A stretch of 64,000 bases of DNA, taken from Pelotomaculum sp. GTDB lineage: Bacteria; Bacillota; Desulfotomaculia; Desulfotomaculales; Pelotomaculaceae. A model generated the notes under the pieces. The model was given only the letters and a program-made list of their open reading frames with translations, made no database searches and was not told where the DNA came from. Each line of letters begins with the position of its first letter. Position 1 is the first letter of the stretch. This document shows, piece after piece, positions 27,254 to 36,624 of the stretch. The stretch covers positions 28,669-92,668 of the forward strand of contig DAOURR010000003.1 in assembly GCA_030627625.1 (NCBI GenBank), given 5' to 3'. Position numbers and translations under genes: made by a program.

Positions 27254-28123
27254 CTAAATTCTCTCCTTGCCGGACTGCTCCGGGCACTCCTTTTTATTCC
27301 TGCAGGCTTTTGACTGCCCTTCTTGAAGCGTTATTTCCTCGCATCGGTATTCCTTTATAATCTTGCTTTCCTTTAATTCCACACTCAGGCTGTTTTTCAA
27401 AATATTAATTCCGACAGCCCGGCCTTCTCCATCAGGCGTGATCACCAAGCTGCCAAGTTCTGGGAAACTCTCCCTGGCGTGCTCGTACGCCTCGTTTTCG
27501 TACTTCAAACAGCACATCAACCTGCCGCAAATACCGGATATTTTTGTGGGATTCAGGGACAAGTTCTGATCCTTGGCCATGCGGATAGAAACCGAAGCAA
27601 AATCTGAAAGCCAGGAAGAACAGCATAATTCCCTACCGCAGCAGCCCAGCCCTCCAATCATTTTAGCCTCATCCCTGACTCCGATCTGGCGGAGCTCGAT
27701 TCGCGTCTTAAAAACCGAGGCCAGGTCTTTTACCAATTCCCTGAAGTCAATCCGGCCATCCGCGGTGAAATAGAAAATAATTTTATTCCCATCAAAAGTC
27801 TGCTCCACACCAACAAGTTTCATGGGCAGGTTATGGAGGGCTATTTTCTCCAGACCCACCTTGAAAGCTTTGTTCTCCTTCTCCCGGTTGGACACAAGCT
27901 GCTGGCAATCCTGGCTGATGGCCTTGCGCATAACCTTTTTCAGAGGCGAGACTACATCCTCTTCTTCTATTTTTAAAGGCCCGGCAACCACCTGGCCATA
28001 TTCGACCCCCCTGGCAGTTTCAACAATTACCCCGTCACCCTCCGCAAGAAGGTGCTCACCCGGGTCGAAGTAATAAATTTTGCAGGCCTTTTTAAAGCGC
28101 ACTCCTACTACTGTGACTCCCAT
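27254..28123 (-). CDS. ricT: PSP1-domain protein RicT/YaaT (stage 0 sporulation protein)
   Basis: VVGVRFK.A.KIYYFDP...CGR.LCC and LMCCLKYE motifs. Located next to holB. Confidence 0.9.
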   Translation of the reverse strand: MGVTVVGVRFKKACKIYYFDPGEHLLAEGDGVIVETARGVEYGQVVAGPLKIEEEDVVSPLKKVMRKAISQDCQQLVSNREKENKAFKVGLEKIALHNLPMKLVGVEQTFDGNKIIFYFTADGRIDFRELVKDLASVFKTRIELRQIGVRDEAKMIGGLGCCGRELCCSSWLSDFASVSIRMAKDQNLSLNPTKISGICGRLMCCLKYENEAYEHARESFPELGSLVITPDGEGRAVGINILKNSLSVELKESKIIKEYRCEEITLQEGQSKACRNKKECPEQSGKERI

Positions 28124-28138
28124 TTATATTAATCCCTC

Positions 28139-29152
28139 CTAGTATGCCGTCGACTGCCCCGGTCCAGCGGGGCCTCCGGACAGATATAAAAACAGCGCCT
28201 CGAGGGCCAGCCTGGTATTGGCGCTGGCTTCGATTTTATTTTTGGTTGCTTCTATATTCTCTATTATTTCCACAAGGCGGGAGGTTTCAAAGCATTCCGC
28301 ATCCCTTTCCAGATTTGCTGCGCGGTCCTGGTTATATAAAAACCCGTTTGACCCTGCTTCCCTGGACACCAGCAGGTCACGGTACCAGCAGGTAAGCATC
28401 TCCAGCATGAAGCGGGCCTTTTCCCTGCTCTCAGCACATTTTTCAGCCATTTCCAGGGCCCGGCATGGTCCTGCTTCAGCCAGTTCCTTGATCAGCGCAT
28501 AAGCCGCTCCGCGTTCATCTTGAAACGAACCGGCCGAATATAACAGGGCCCTGCCCATGCTCCCGCCCGATAGCGCCGCTGATAATAGCGCGTCTTCCGC
28601 CTTCAGGCCATGAAGCGAAACAAGGCCGTGGGCAAGTTCGGAAACAGGTACGGCATGGAATGAAACCTGCTGGCAGCGGGAGAGAATGGTCGGCAGCAGG
28701 GCCTGGGGACGCGAAGAAACCAAAATAAAAATTGTATTCCCAGAGGGTTCCTCCAGTGTTTTCAACAGACAGTTGGCCGCTTGTTCGGTCATCGTCTCCG
28801 CCTGGCAGATTATAAATATCTGCCGGTTTCCCTGATAGGGCAGATATGCGGTTTTTCGCTGAACAGACCTTATTTGTTCAATTTTTATCGAAGCTCCGGC
28901 AGGCTGGACCCACTGCAGATCAGGGTGATTCCGGTTTTCTGCCTGCCTGCACTCACGGCATTCGCCGCAGGCGTCACCGCTGCCCGGCCGGGAACAAAGC
29001 AGCGCTCTGGCAAAAGCAAAGGCAGCTGTTTCCTTGCCCACTCCCTCAGGCCCGGAAAATAAATAGGCATGAGAAACCCGCCCGTAGGCAATGGCATTCA
29101 ACAGGATATTAATAACCTGCCTGTGGCCTACTATTTCTCTCAGGAACAGCAT
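28139..29152 (-). CDS. holB: DNA polymerase III delta' subunit
   Basis: HAYLFSGPEGVGK, a Zn module CxxC..C..C, LKTLEEP and SRCQ. Confidence 0.9.
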   Translation of the reverse strand: MLFLREIVGHRQVINILLNAIAYGRVSHAYLFSGPEGVGKETAAFAFARALLCSRPGSGDACGECRECRQAENRNHPDLQWVQPAGASIKIEQIRSVQRKTAYLPYQGNRQIFIICQAETMTEQAANCLLKTLEEPSGNTIFILVSSRPQALLPTILSRCQQVSFHAVPVSELAHGLVSLHGLKAEDALLSAALSGGSMGRALLYSAGSFQDERGAAYALIKELAEAGPCRALEMAEKCAESREKARFMLEMLTCWYRDLLVSREAGSNGFLYNQDRAANLERDAECFETSRLVEIIENIEATKNKIEASANTRLALEALFLYLSGGPAGPGQSTAY

Positions 29153-29775
29153 TCCAGAACTCCTTCGACTGCTTTGAGAATATCAAGGTGCACCTGTTCA
29201 ATGGACCTGTTGGCGTCGATAACCCTGTAGCGGCCAGGATCCCGGGCTGCGATGTCCAGGTAGCCGGACCGGACCTTCAGGTGGAATTCCCGCGCCTCCC
29301 GCTCAATCCTGTCAGTCCCGCGGCCGGAACGGCAGATCCTGTCCTTTCCGGTCTCACAACAAAAATCAAGCAGCAGGACCAGATCTGGAATAAGGCCCAT
29401 GGTGGCCGGTTCGTTCACCTGTTTCAGCAGGTGAATTTCCATATCCCGCCCATATCCCTGGTAGGCCAGGGTGGAATCAATATAGCGGTCGCACAGCACA
29501 AGATTGCCCGCAGCCAGGGCCGGTAAAATAACCTCTGAGACCAGCTGAGCCCTGGCTGCGGCATACAGCAAAGCCTCAGCCCAGGGGACCAGTCTGCCGT
29601 ACTCCGGATTCAGCAGGAGATCCCGGATCGATTCACCCAGCTTGGTGCCGCCGGGCTCCCTGGTGTAAAATACCCTGCGCCCCCGGTTTTTCAGGTATTC
29701 TCCCAAAAGGTTTAGCTGGGTTGTCTTTCCGGACCCGTCAATACCCTCAAAAACAATTAACTTGCCCTTACTCAA
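29140..29775 (-). CDS. tmk: dTMP (thymidylate) kinase
   Basis: FEGIDGSGKTTQ P-loop, DRY motif. Overlaps holB by 13 nt. Confidence 0.95.
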   Translation of the reverse strand: MSKGKLIVFEGIDGSGKTTQLNLLGEYLKNRGRRVFYTREPGGTKLGESIRDLLLNPEYGRLVPWAEALLYAAARAQLVSEVILPALAAGNLVLCDRYIDSTLAYQGYGRDMEIHLLKQVNEPATMGLIPDLVLLLDFCCETGKDRICRSGRGTDRIEREAREFHLKVRSGYLDIAARDPGRYRVIDANRSIEQVHLDILKAVEGVLECCS

Positions 29776-29807
29776 TTAGGTGACTCCAATTCATTGTGGT
29801 TATAATG

Positions 29808-31256
29808 CTATTCTATCACAACTTTAATAGTTTTTAATGTCCGATCGTACGGACCCTGACAGGGCAGTCCCATATCGCTGATCAACGTCAGGTATTCCAG
29901 TATATCGGGCGTTATTTCTTCACCAGGGCCCAGTACAGGTATCCCCGGCGGGTAGACCGCTACAGTCTCCGCGCTGACCATGCCGCCCGCTTCAGCAAGA
30001 GGTATTCCCCGTGAAGGCAAAAACCAGGCTTCGCGGGGCTTCATTACTTTTTTGTAACAGCCGGGGGCGCCGGGCAGAGGAGTCTTAGCAGGCTGCCTTT
30101 CTCGTGCCGCGATATCTTCCATCGCGCTTGCCAGCGACTCACAATCGCGAAAGGTTGTGCCGATGGAAAGAACCGCCACGATGTTGGCAGCGTCGGCCAT
30201 TTCTACGAAAACATTATACCTCCGGGCCAAAAGCTTTTCCACCTGGTACCCTGTCAGGCCCAAGCTTTGAACGGATATAACCAGCTTGGCCGGATCGATA
30301 CCGAGTGAACTATCCCGCAAGTGAGCCTGGCTTAAAATGGATAAACCCCTGACCTGCGACAGCCGCTTGCGCAGCCACCGCGCAAGTTCCAGCGTTCTCT
30401 CCAGTAGCTGTTCCCCCCGGAGAGCCATCTGGCGCCTGGCCAGGTCCAGTGAACCCATCAGGATGTAAGACGGGCTTGTGGTCTGCAGAAGCTGCAAAGC
30501 GACCGCAACCCTTTCACCGTCATCCACCCCGTGTTTTAAGTGCAGCATGGAACTCTGTCCCAGTGACCCCCCCAGTTTGTGTGTGCTTTGTACAGATGCG
30601 TCAGCGCCGGCGGACATAGCGTCTTGGGGCAGGTCCCGGTGAAAACGCAGGTGCGCGCCGTGGGCTTCATCTGCAAGCAGCAGCCTGCCCGCCTCATGGA
30701 CCATATGGACCTGACCGGGCAGGTCTCCTGCCACCCCGTAATAGTTTGGCCGGACGACAATTACCGCGGCCGCGCCAGGCCGTTCTTCCAGCGCCAGGAG
30801 AATCTTTGCAGGCGGCACGCCGCAGTCTGCCCCGAACTCCGGAATGACCTCGGGCATTACATAATACGGGTCAGCTCCCGACACTATGAGGCCCCCTAAC
30901 ACCGAACGGTGTGCGTTACGAGGCACGATCACTTCCCCCTGCCCCGCGTACGCGGCAAGCAGCGCCTGGATTCCCACAGTAGTGCCGTTGACTAAAAAGA
31001 AACTCCTGCCCGCCCCATATAATTCTGCGGCCAGTTCCTGAGCAAGGGCTATTGGGCCCCCTGGATTATGCAGGTCATCAAGGCCAGGTAATTCTGTCAT
31101 GTCCAAGGAAAACAGAGCCTGTCCGCCAAGCGCGGCCAATTCTTCAGGTAGTCCCTGTCCCCGGCAGTGCCCCGGTATGTGAAAACCGGCGGGGGATCCG
31201 GATGCATGCTCCAAAAGAGCCTCGAAGAGTGGTGCGCTGCACTGCTTTTCAAACAA
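29808..31256 (-). CDS. Orn/Lys/Arg decarboxylase family PLP enzyme (YaaO-like)
   Basis: PLP-lysine motif QSTHKLGGSL, 482 aa, located next to tmk like B. subtilis yaaO. Confidence 0.85.
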   Translation of the reverse strand: MFEKQCSAPLFEALLEHASGSPAGFHIPGHCRGQGLPEELAALGGQALFSLDMTELPGLDDLHNPGGPIALAQELAAELYGAGRSFFLVNGTTVGIQALLAAYAGQGEVIVPRNAHRSVLGGLIVSGADPYYVMPEVIPEFGADCGVPPAKILLALEERPGAAAVIVVRPNYYGVAGDLPGQVHMVHEAGRLLLADEAHGAHLRFHRDLPQDAMSAGADASVQSTHKLGGSLGQSSMLHLKHGVDDGERVAVALQLLQTTSPSYILMGSLDLARRQMALRGEQLLERTLELARWLRKRLSQVRGLSILSQAHLRDSSLGIDPAKLVISVQSLGLTGYQVEKLLARRYNVFVEMADAANIVAVLSIGTTFRDCESLASAMEDIAARERQPAKTPLPGAPGCYKKVMKPREAWFLPSRGIPLAEAGGMVSAETVAVYPPGIPVLGPGEEITPDILEYLTLISDMGLPCQGPYDRTLKTIKVVIE

Positions 31257-31439
31257 AAAAATAAACCTCCGAAATACTAATTATTTTCAAGAGATGCAAG
31301 TTTTACCTAACACGTTATTTTATCATAAATATCAAGGCGTTACCAAGGCTATCCTTTTATTTTGCCATCAGTTTGTTCTTATAGATACCCTGTTCACGGC
31401 TACAATAACAAAACAGAATATTAAAAAGGAGTGATTACT

Positions 31440-31703
31440 GTGACCGGTGACCGGAAGGTGGAGGAAAAAAAACTTTGCAAGAAATACCGCACCAATGTGG
31501 GCAGGCTGATCAGGGCATGGAAGCAGGGCCTTTCGGATCAAGAAATAAATTTAAAAACCGGGATCAAGATGTCCACGCTCTACCTGATCAAACAAGACAT
31601 TGAGCTTACTCACAGAAAAGAGCGACTGGAGAGAAGAAAACAGAAATTATTGCGGTGTCATTCGTTTGACCTGGACCAGATTTTCTTCAACCCAAACATA
31701 TAG
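31440..31703 (+). CDS. Small basic hypothetical protein, possibly HTH-containing
   Basis: GTG at 31440 lies 8 nt after AGGAG. GLSDQEINLKTGIKMSTLYLIKQ looks HTH-like. Its 3' end overlaps the gin/csfB 3' end by 46 nt. Confidence 0.4.
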   Translation: MTGDRKVEEKKLCKKYRTNVGRLIRAWKQGLSDQEINLKTGIKMSTLYLIKQDIELTHRKERLERRKQKLLRCHSFDLDQIFFNPNI

Positions 31704-31849
31704 GTTTCATAATCAGGGTCTTTTCTCGACAGTAAAATAATTTTGTTTTCACAATCCTGGCAGATATAATGGCCCCTTACTGAAAGACCCTGATTGCAGT
31801 CCATACGTAAACACTGACACAGGATACATGCCGGAGATTCTACAGCCAC
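31658..31849 (-). CDS. csfB: Anti-sigma-G factor Gin (CsfB)
   Basis: CILCQ...HYICQDCENKIILLSRKDPDYETYMFGLKKI parallels B. subtilis CsfB (C.IC....FIC.DCERKV.....DPDY..Y..KLK.I). The genomic position is syntenic. Confidence 0.75.
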   Translation of the reverse strand: MAVESPACILCQCLRMDCNQGLSVRGHYICQDCENKIILLSRKDPDYETYMFGLKKIWSRSNE

Positions 31850-31973
31850 TTACTTTCACCACCTTAAAGTCTCAGCCCCGCAGGGCAAGATAGGGTTGTA
31901 ATTTAGAATATGAACAGAAAGGGTGTTTGGTGAGAACATTATCAACAACATACCGAACAATTGTGAGGTCATG

Positions 31974-32228
31974 TTAATGTTCTTTTGTTTTCTTTTTGTC
32001 GAGCCTTAAGGCACAGTCAGGGCAGATGTTCTGACAGATTCCGCAGGCGATGCACCTGTTGTCTGCTTTCACCGAGGGCGTACCGTAAGCCCCCAGGACA
32101 TCGCTCCAGTCAATACAGTCCACGGGACATTTTTCTATACAAAGGCCGCAGCCCTTGCATAAATCCGGGAATACCGTCCAGTATCCCTTTTCCAGATCCA
32201 TGGTCCTGCCTACGAATTCAAGTGTCAT
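31974..32228 (-). CDS. 2-oxoacid:ferredoxin oxidoreductase delta subunit (2x[4Fe-4S] ferredoxin)
   Basis: CKGCGLCIEKCP and CIACGICQNICP cluster motifs. Start overlaps the gamma stop (ATGA). Confidence 0.88.
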   Translation of the reverse strand: MTLEFVGRTMDLEKGYWTVFPDLCKGCGLCIEKCPVDCIDWSDVLGAYGTPSVKADNRCIACGICQNICPDCALRLDKKKTKEH

Positions 32229-32899
32229 GATTGGCCTCCTGTTAAAGAGTGGGATGAGACATGAGATTCGGCTGCCCGCGCTTTTCCACCGGCGCCATCA
32301 GAATCTGCATTTACCCGGGTGGCTACGCCTGGTTCCGGACTGGTCCGCACCAGCCCCACTCCCCGCTCTAACGCTGCAAAATTTAAGTCTCTGAGCGACG
32401 GCTCTTTGGCAAACTTGTATCCCAGCTTCTTTTCAACAGCCGCCCTGGCCTGTTTCAAGGTTATAGCATCCGTAGCGCCAATAATTGCGCCCAAGATCAC
32501 AATATTGAAGACCCGGGGGTGAAACTCTTTTTTTGCCACTTCGATAGCCGGAATACCCAGCAATCTGCCTGCGTTTTCAGGCAGTTCCCCCTCGGCGCCC
32601 TGCATCCCGCTGTCATAAATATAGGTTGTTTCCGGCCCGACGTACTGCCGGGTGCGATAGACGGCCCGGTCGCTTAAAGCCACAACTACGTCTCCGGTCT
32701 GAAACTTGGGTGACCCTATCGGATCGTCGCTGATCTGTACAAAAGCCAGGGAAACCCCGCCTCTCTGTTCAACCCCGAAATTTGGTATGTACAGGGCCTG
32801 CCTTCCTTCTTCGTTAGCCGCCTCTGCCAGGATTTCAGCCACGGACTGGACACCCTGGCCCCCTTCTCCGGCCAGCATAATTTTTATGGCCTTACTCAT
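32225..32899 (-). CDS. 2-oxoacid:ferredoxin oxidoreductase gamma subunit
   Basis: MSKAIKIMLAGEGGQGVQSVAEILAEAA is the typical gamma N-terminus. ATG at 32899 overlaps the beta stop (ATGAGTAA). The track ORF start at 33055 is an upstream extension. Confidence 0.88.
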   Translation of the reverse strand: MSKAIKIMLAGEGGQGVQSVAEILAEAANEEGRQALYIPNFGVEQRGGVSLAFVQISDDPIGSPKFQTGDVVVALSDRAVYRTRQYVGPETTYIYDSGMQGAEGELPENAGRLLGIPAIEVAKKEFHPRVFNIVILGAIIGATDAITLKQARAAVEKKLGYKFAKEPSLRDLNFAALERGVGLVRTSPEPGVATRVNADSDGAGGKARAAESHVSSHSLTGGQS

Positions 32900-33659
32900 C
32901 AGCCCTGACCTCCCCCTGCCCGGAACCAGGCGTTTTAAACTCTCCCGTCTTGAAGTGGCCGTGCATCTCCTTATCAATGAAGCTCCAGGTCTCAGACGCA
33001 TTGGTCCGCCAGTTGGTTGGGCAGGCGGATAGGGCTTCGACAAAGGAAAAACCATTTCCTTCTATCTGATTGACCAAAGCTTTTTTAAGGTAGCCGGTCA
33101 ACTGCCTCATATTAGAAATGCTGCCCCTGGCCACATAGGCGCCCTCCCTGGCAATAGCAGAAACCATCTCTGGGCCCTGAAAGGGAAATCCGGTTACTTC
33201 CGGATCCCGCCCGTAAGGGGTGGTTTCAGTTTTCTGGCCTGGTAGTGTAGTCGGAGCCATCTGGCCGCCGGTCATAGCATACTGGGTATTGTTTGCCAGG
33301 ACAACGGTGATTTTTTCATTGCGGTGAACCGAGCTTACCAGGTGCTGAACTCCGATGGAGTAGCCTCCTCCGTCACCCATATAGGCGATACAGATCAGCT
33401 CCGGCCTTGCCCTTTTGATGCCGGTCATTACAGGTGTAGTACGGCCATGGTGGGTCTGAACGGTATCGAGGTTGAAAAAATCCCAGGACAGCAGTGAACA
33501 GCCTATATCGCAACCATAAACAACCCTGTCCTCAATCCCCAGCTCATCGACAGCCTGTCCCAGGCATTTCAGAATCAGACCATGCCCGCACCCGGGGCAG
33601 AATTTGTGAGGTTTGGTATCAACCCGCCAGGACCTGGGCATAGCAGGCTGTAGCTGCAT
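32892..33659 (-). CDS. 2-oxoacid:ferredoxin oxidoreductase beta subunit (TPP-binding)
   Basis: FCPGCGHG and GDGG...IG..H TPP motif. Confidence 0.9.
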   Translation of the reverse strand: MQLQPAMPRSWRVDTKPHKFCPGCGHGLILKCLGQAVDELGIEDRVVYGCDIGCSLLSWDFFNLDTVQTHHGRTTPVMTGIKRARPELICIAYMGDGGGYSIGVQHLVSSVHRNEKITVVLANNTQYAMTGGQMAPTTLPGQKTETTPYGRDPEVTGFPFQGPEMVSAIAREGAYVARGSISNMRQLTGYLKKALVNQIEGNGFSFVEALSACPTNWRTNASETWSFIDKEMHGHFKTGEFKTPGSGQGEVRADE

Positions 33660-33703
33660 GATAACCCTCCTTTAATATGGAAAATATAATCTTGTAATCC
33701 TAT

Positions 33704-34804
33704 CTAATGTAACGGTTTTTGTAATATCTCCCTGGCCCTGGCCTCGACTTCTCCGGAGGTGATCCCTACGCCGGGCTTGAAGAGCGTGTGAATTTCGGCA
33801 TTAGCGCCGTACACCGCTTCCGTTACCAACCTTGCCAGCTGGCCGTACGCGGACTCGACAATAAGTATTTTTTTAACTTCACCGGCAAGCGACTTGAGCT
33901 GGGGCACGGGCAGGGGACGCAGAGTGACCGGCCGGAAATAGCATACTTTTATACCTTGTTCGCGAAGGACATTGACGGCCTCCCTGACTGCTCTAAAAAC
34001 AACCCCGTGCCCCACTATTGCCAGTTCGGCGCCTTCAACGCCGGAAGATTGGAACTCGGCCAGTTCAGGGATTATTTTTTCATAATCCCTGACATCGCTC
34101 ATCAGTTTTTCAAAAAGCTCTTCTTCCAGGTTGTAAGTATTCCTGTACTGGGCCGGGGGCCGGTCCTTCCCCGGCGACCCTTTTTGACCGACAAAGGGCT
34201 CCTGTTCAACCAGTTGGATCCCCCGGGCCTCTGGATCATACAAGGTCAGGGGTTCCCGCATTTTGGCCTGGTATCCGTCTCCAAGCACAAAAGTTGGGAA
34301 GCGGTATTTCCAGGCTGTGTTAAAAGCTTTAATTGTATAATCGTAAAGCTCCTGGTGTGTGGCCGTGGAGTAGACAATCCTCAGGCCTTCACCATTGCCG
34401 CCCATGGTGGTCAGATTTACTTCCTGCTGAGAGTAAATTACGGTGGCAGTAGAAGGGCCGCCTCTCTGCTGAATAACCGCCACAACAGGCAGGCGCATCA
34501 TTTCAGCCATGGACAGAGGTTCCTGCATCAGGATATTGCCCGTGCCGGCTGTGGCTGTAAACGCCTTGCGGCCCGACATGACCCCACCTGCCGCCGCAAA
34601 GCCGGCTGAAAGCTCGTCTTCCGTCTGAAGAAAACTTTTGCCGTATTTGGGAGCAAGTCTTGTCCAGTAATGCATGATCTCGTTTTGAGGCGTGATTGGA
34701 TAACCAAACATGATCTCAGCCCTGGCTGCCAGCGCTGCCCAGGCTACCACCTCGTTGCCTGTCATGAACGCTCGTTTTTCTTCCTGGATAACTTTTTGTA
34801 ACAT
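33704..34804 (-). CDS. 2-oxoacid:ferredoxin oxidoreductase alpha subunit
   Basis: MTGNEVVAWAALAA......GYPITPQNEI. ATG at 34804 lies 8 nt after GGAGG. The track ORF start at 34870 reads through the heptad-repeat hairpin. Confidence 0.9.
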   Translation of the reverse strand: MLQKVIQEEKRAFMTGNEVVAWAALAARAEIMFGYPITPQNEIMHYWTRLAPKYGKSFLQTEDELSAGFAAAGGVMSGRKAFTATAGTGNILMQEPLSMAEMMRLPVVAVIQQRGGPSTATVIYSQQEVNLTTMGGNGEGLRIVYSTATHQELYDYTIKAFNTAWKYRFPTFVLGDGYQAKMREPLTLYDPEARGIQLVEQEPFVGQKGSPGKDRPPAQYRNTYNLEEELFEKLMSDVRDYEKIIPELAEFQSSGVEGAELAIVGHGVVFRAVREAVNVLREQGIKVCYFRPVTLRPLPVPQLKSLAGEVKKILIVESAYGQLARLVTEAVYGANAEIHTLFKPGVGITSGEVEARAREILQKPLH

Positions 34805-34821
34805 TTTGAACCTCCAGTTCT

Positions 34822-34917
34822 GGGACGTGAGATGTGAGAAATGAGACGTGAGATTGAAAGATAGTGCCAAGGGTCAAAGACCATAAAAAATACAGATGTT
34901 CCCACGTCCCACGTCTC
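34822..34917. repeat. Intercistronic hairpin built from heptanucleotide repeats
   Basis: Plus strand: GGGACGT GAGATGT GAGAAAT GAGACGT GAGATTG, then about 41 nt, then GTTCCCAC GTCCCAC GTCTC. The arms are complementary in at least two registers 21 nt apart (three heptads). Confidence 0.85.
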
Positions 34918-34920
34918 AAA

Positions 34921-35586
34921 TCACCAGAACGCTTTCTGCATCATCCTCTGCAATGGGCGAACAGGGTTGCCCATGCAGTCCGCATGACCAATTTTTTTAG
35001 CTATCCCGTCACATACGGCTGTGGCTACTACAGGCAGGCCCAAAATTTTCGCGGCATTCGAGACCGTTCGCGCGCCTTCCTGCACCAAATCAACGGTAGT
35101 TTCTTCCGCCATGTGGGTGTTGTTAATCAGTCCGTTCACCCGTGCCATTTGTTGCACATCTAAAACAATATCCTCTACGGTAGAAGTCCATGGGCGTGAA
35201 CAATTGATAACGGCTATTACCATGAGGTCCTGGTCGGCTGTGGAGCCCTCTACAAGGTTCAGGGTTCTGGCGCCCTCCACTCCGTAGCCGATATCCAGAA
35301 TGATGTCACCGGCGCGCCGCAGCGCCCACCTGGCGGCAGGCTTAATAACCGTGCCTGCTTCACCCAATCCCAGGGTTTCTTCTGTTTTCCAGGCGATAAC
35401 CTCTACACCAAGACGGCTCAGAGCCTTTTGCAGCGGCCGCAGGGTGTAAAATGGCTCAACAAGATCAAGATCCACCAGGGTCACCATTCTGTCCTGGCCG
35501 GCCAGCCCAATGGCGCGGTTCAGGGCATTCTCGCTCTTGCCCGCAGCGTACTCGCCAACATACGCCTCTACAACCCTATCAGTCAT
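34921..35586 (-). CDS. P-loop NTPase-like protein of unknown function
   Basis: Walker-A-like GEYAAGKS near the N-terminus and a hydrophobic strand VTLVDLD (Walker-B-like). No confident family assignment. Confidence 0.55.
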   Translation of the reverse strand: MTDRVVEAYVGEYAAGKSENALNRAIGLAGQDRMVTLVDLDLVEPFYTLRPLQKALSRLGVEVIAWKTEETLGLGEAGTVIKPAARWALRRAGDIILDIGYGVEGARTLNLVEGSTADQDLMVIAVINCSRPWTSTVEDIVLDVQQMARVNGLINNTHMAEETTVDLVQEGARTVSNAAKILGLPVVATAVCDGIAKKIGHADCMGNPVRPLQRMMQKAFW

Positions 35587-35700
35587 AGTATGCTTACCTC
35601 ACTGTTTTTTAAGCATTTATGCTTAAAAAATAAAGGGGACAGAATTAACTGTACCCTTTTAAGGTTACCGGTATGTTGTCAATATTTTCCTCATAAGTAA

Positions 35701-35967
35701 TTAACCTATCAGCAAACAATTTACCAATACCAGCAGTACTATTCCCGGCAGCTGTAAAATACCGGCCGTAAGTATTGTCACGGGATTGATCGCGATGTGA
35801 AAGCCAAATTGTCCGAAAACCGCATTAATTACCGCCAGAAAGGCTCCCCCCAGTAATGCCCAGGCAGACAGGCGAATAATAAACCTCAGGGGGTGGAACA
35901 AAACAGTTCCAACCAGGTAAAGCCCGAATAGTCCGGTCAGGCCGATAATTATGTATTTCCATTCCAA
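35701..35967 (-). CDS. bofA: Pro-sigma-K processing inhibitor BofA
   Basis: 88-aa two-TM protein (...LLGGAFLAVINAVFGQFGFHIAINPVTILTAGILQLPGIVLLV) at a syntenic position after recR. Confidence 0.85.
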   Translation of the reverse strand: MEWKYIIIGLTGLFGLYLVGTVLFHPLRFIIRLSAWALLGGAFLAVINAVFGQFGFHIAINPVTILTAGILQLPGIVLLVLVNCLLIG

Positions 35968-36018
35968 GGCCCAAGCACCTCCTCAAAACCATTATATGGC
36001 CCTGAATGAAAAATATTC

Positions 36019-36621
36019 CTATTTCATTTCCTGCCTGCCTTCCAGTGCCTTGCTGAGCGTTATCTCATCAGCATACTCCAGGTCTGCGCCTACAGGCAGC
36101 CCGTGTGCAATCCGGGTAACCCGGACCCCCAGCGGCTTGATCAGTCCGGAAAGGTAGATAGCTGTGGCGTCACCTTCTATATTGGGATTTGTGGCAAGAA
36201 TCATCTCCTTTACCTCCCCGCCCTCAAGGCGCCTCAACAGCTCTCTTATATGCAGCTGGTCGGGGCCAACTCCTTCCATTGGTGAAATGGCCCCGTGCAG
36301 CACGTGGTACAGACCCTTAAAACTCCTGGACTTTTCCATGGCCACCACATCCCTGGGGCGCTCCACCACACATAGAACATCCCGTCTGCGCCGCTCGTCC
36401 CGGCAGATAAAACAGGGCTCCTCATCGGTAAAATTGCCGCAAACAGTGCAGTATTGAATCGTGCTTCTGGCTTTTTCGATGGACCTGGCGAGGTTATAAG
36501 CTACCTCGGCCGGGACGCCCAGAAGGTAAAAGGCCAGTCGCTGCGCCGTTTTCGGCCCGATACCGGGGAGCTTGGACAGCTGGTCAATGAGGTGGGCAAC
36601 CGGTTTGGCATAATAATTCAT
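36019..36621 (-). CDS. recR: Recombination protein RecR
   Basis: [14 protein letters not shown], the C4 zinc finger C..C......C.IC, and a Toprim segment. Confidence 0.96.
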   Translation of the reverse strand: MNYYAKPVAHLIDQLSKLPGIGPKTAQRLAFYLLGVPAEVAYNLARSIEKARSTIQYCTVCGNFTDEEPCFICRDERRRRDVLCVVERPRDVVAMEKSRSFKGLYHVLHGAISPMEGVGPDQLHIRELLRRLEGGEVKEMILATNPNIEGDATAIYLSGLIKPLGVRVTRIAHGLPVGADLEYADEITLSKALEGRQEMK

Positions 36622-36624
36622 TAC

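Noticed and set aside
33788-34609. 273-aa plus-strand ORF
   Set aside because: It is fully antisense to the well-supported oxidoreductase alpha subunit and has no motifs. It is a typical shadow ORF in GC-rich coding DNA. The same applies to 5088..5468, 5707..6240, 16254..16742, 28218..28502 and 42058..42519.
34805-34870. N-terminal extension of the alpha subunit (MALSFNLTSHFSHLTSQNWRFK) from the track ORF
   Set aside because: It is a translation of the heptad-repeat hairpin. A GGAGG SD 8 nt before the ATG at 34804 and the conserved N-terminus (MLQKVIQEEKRAFMTGNE) support the shorter gene.
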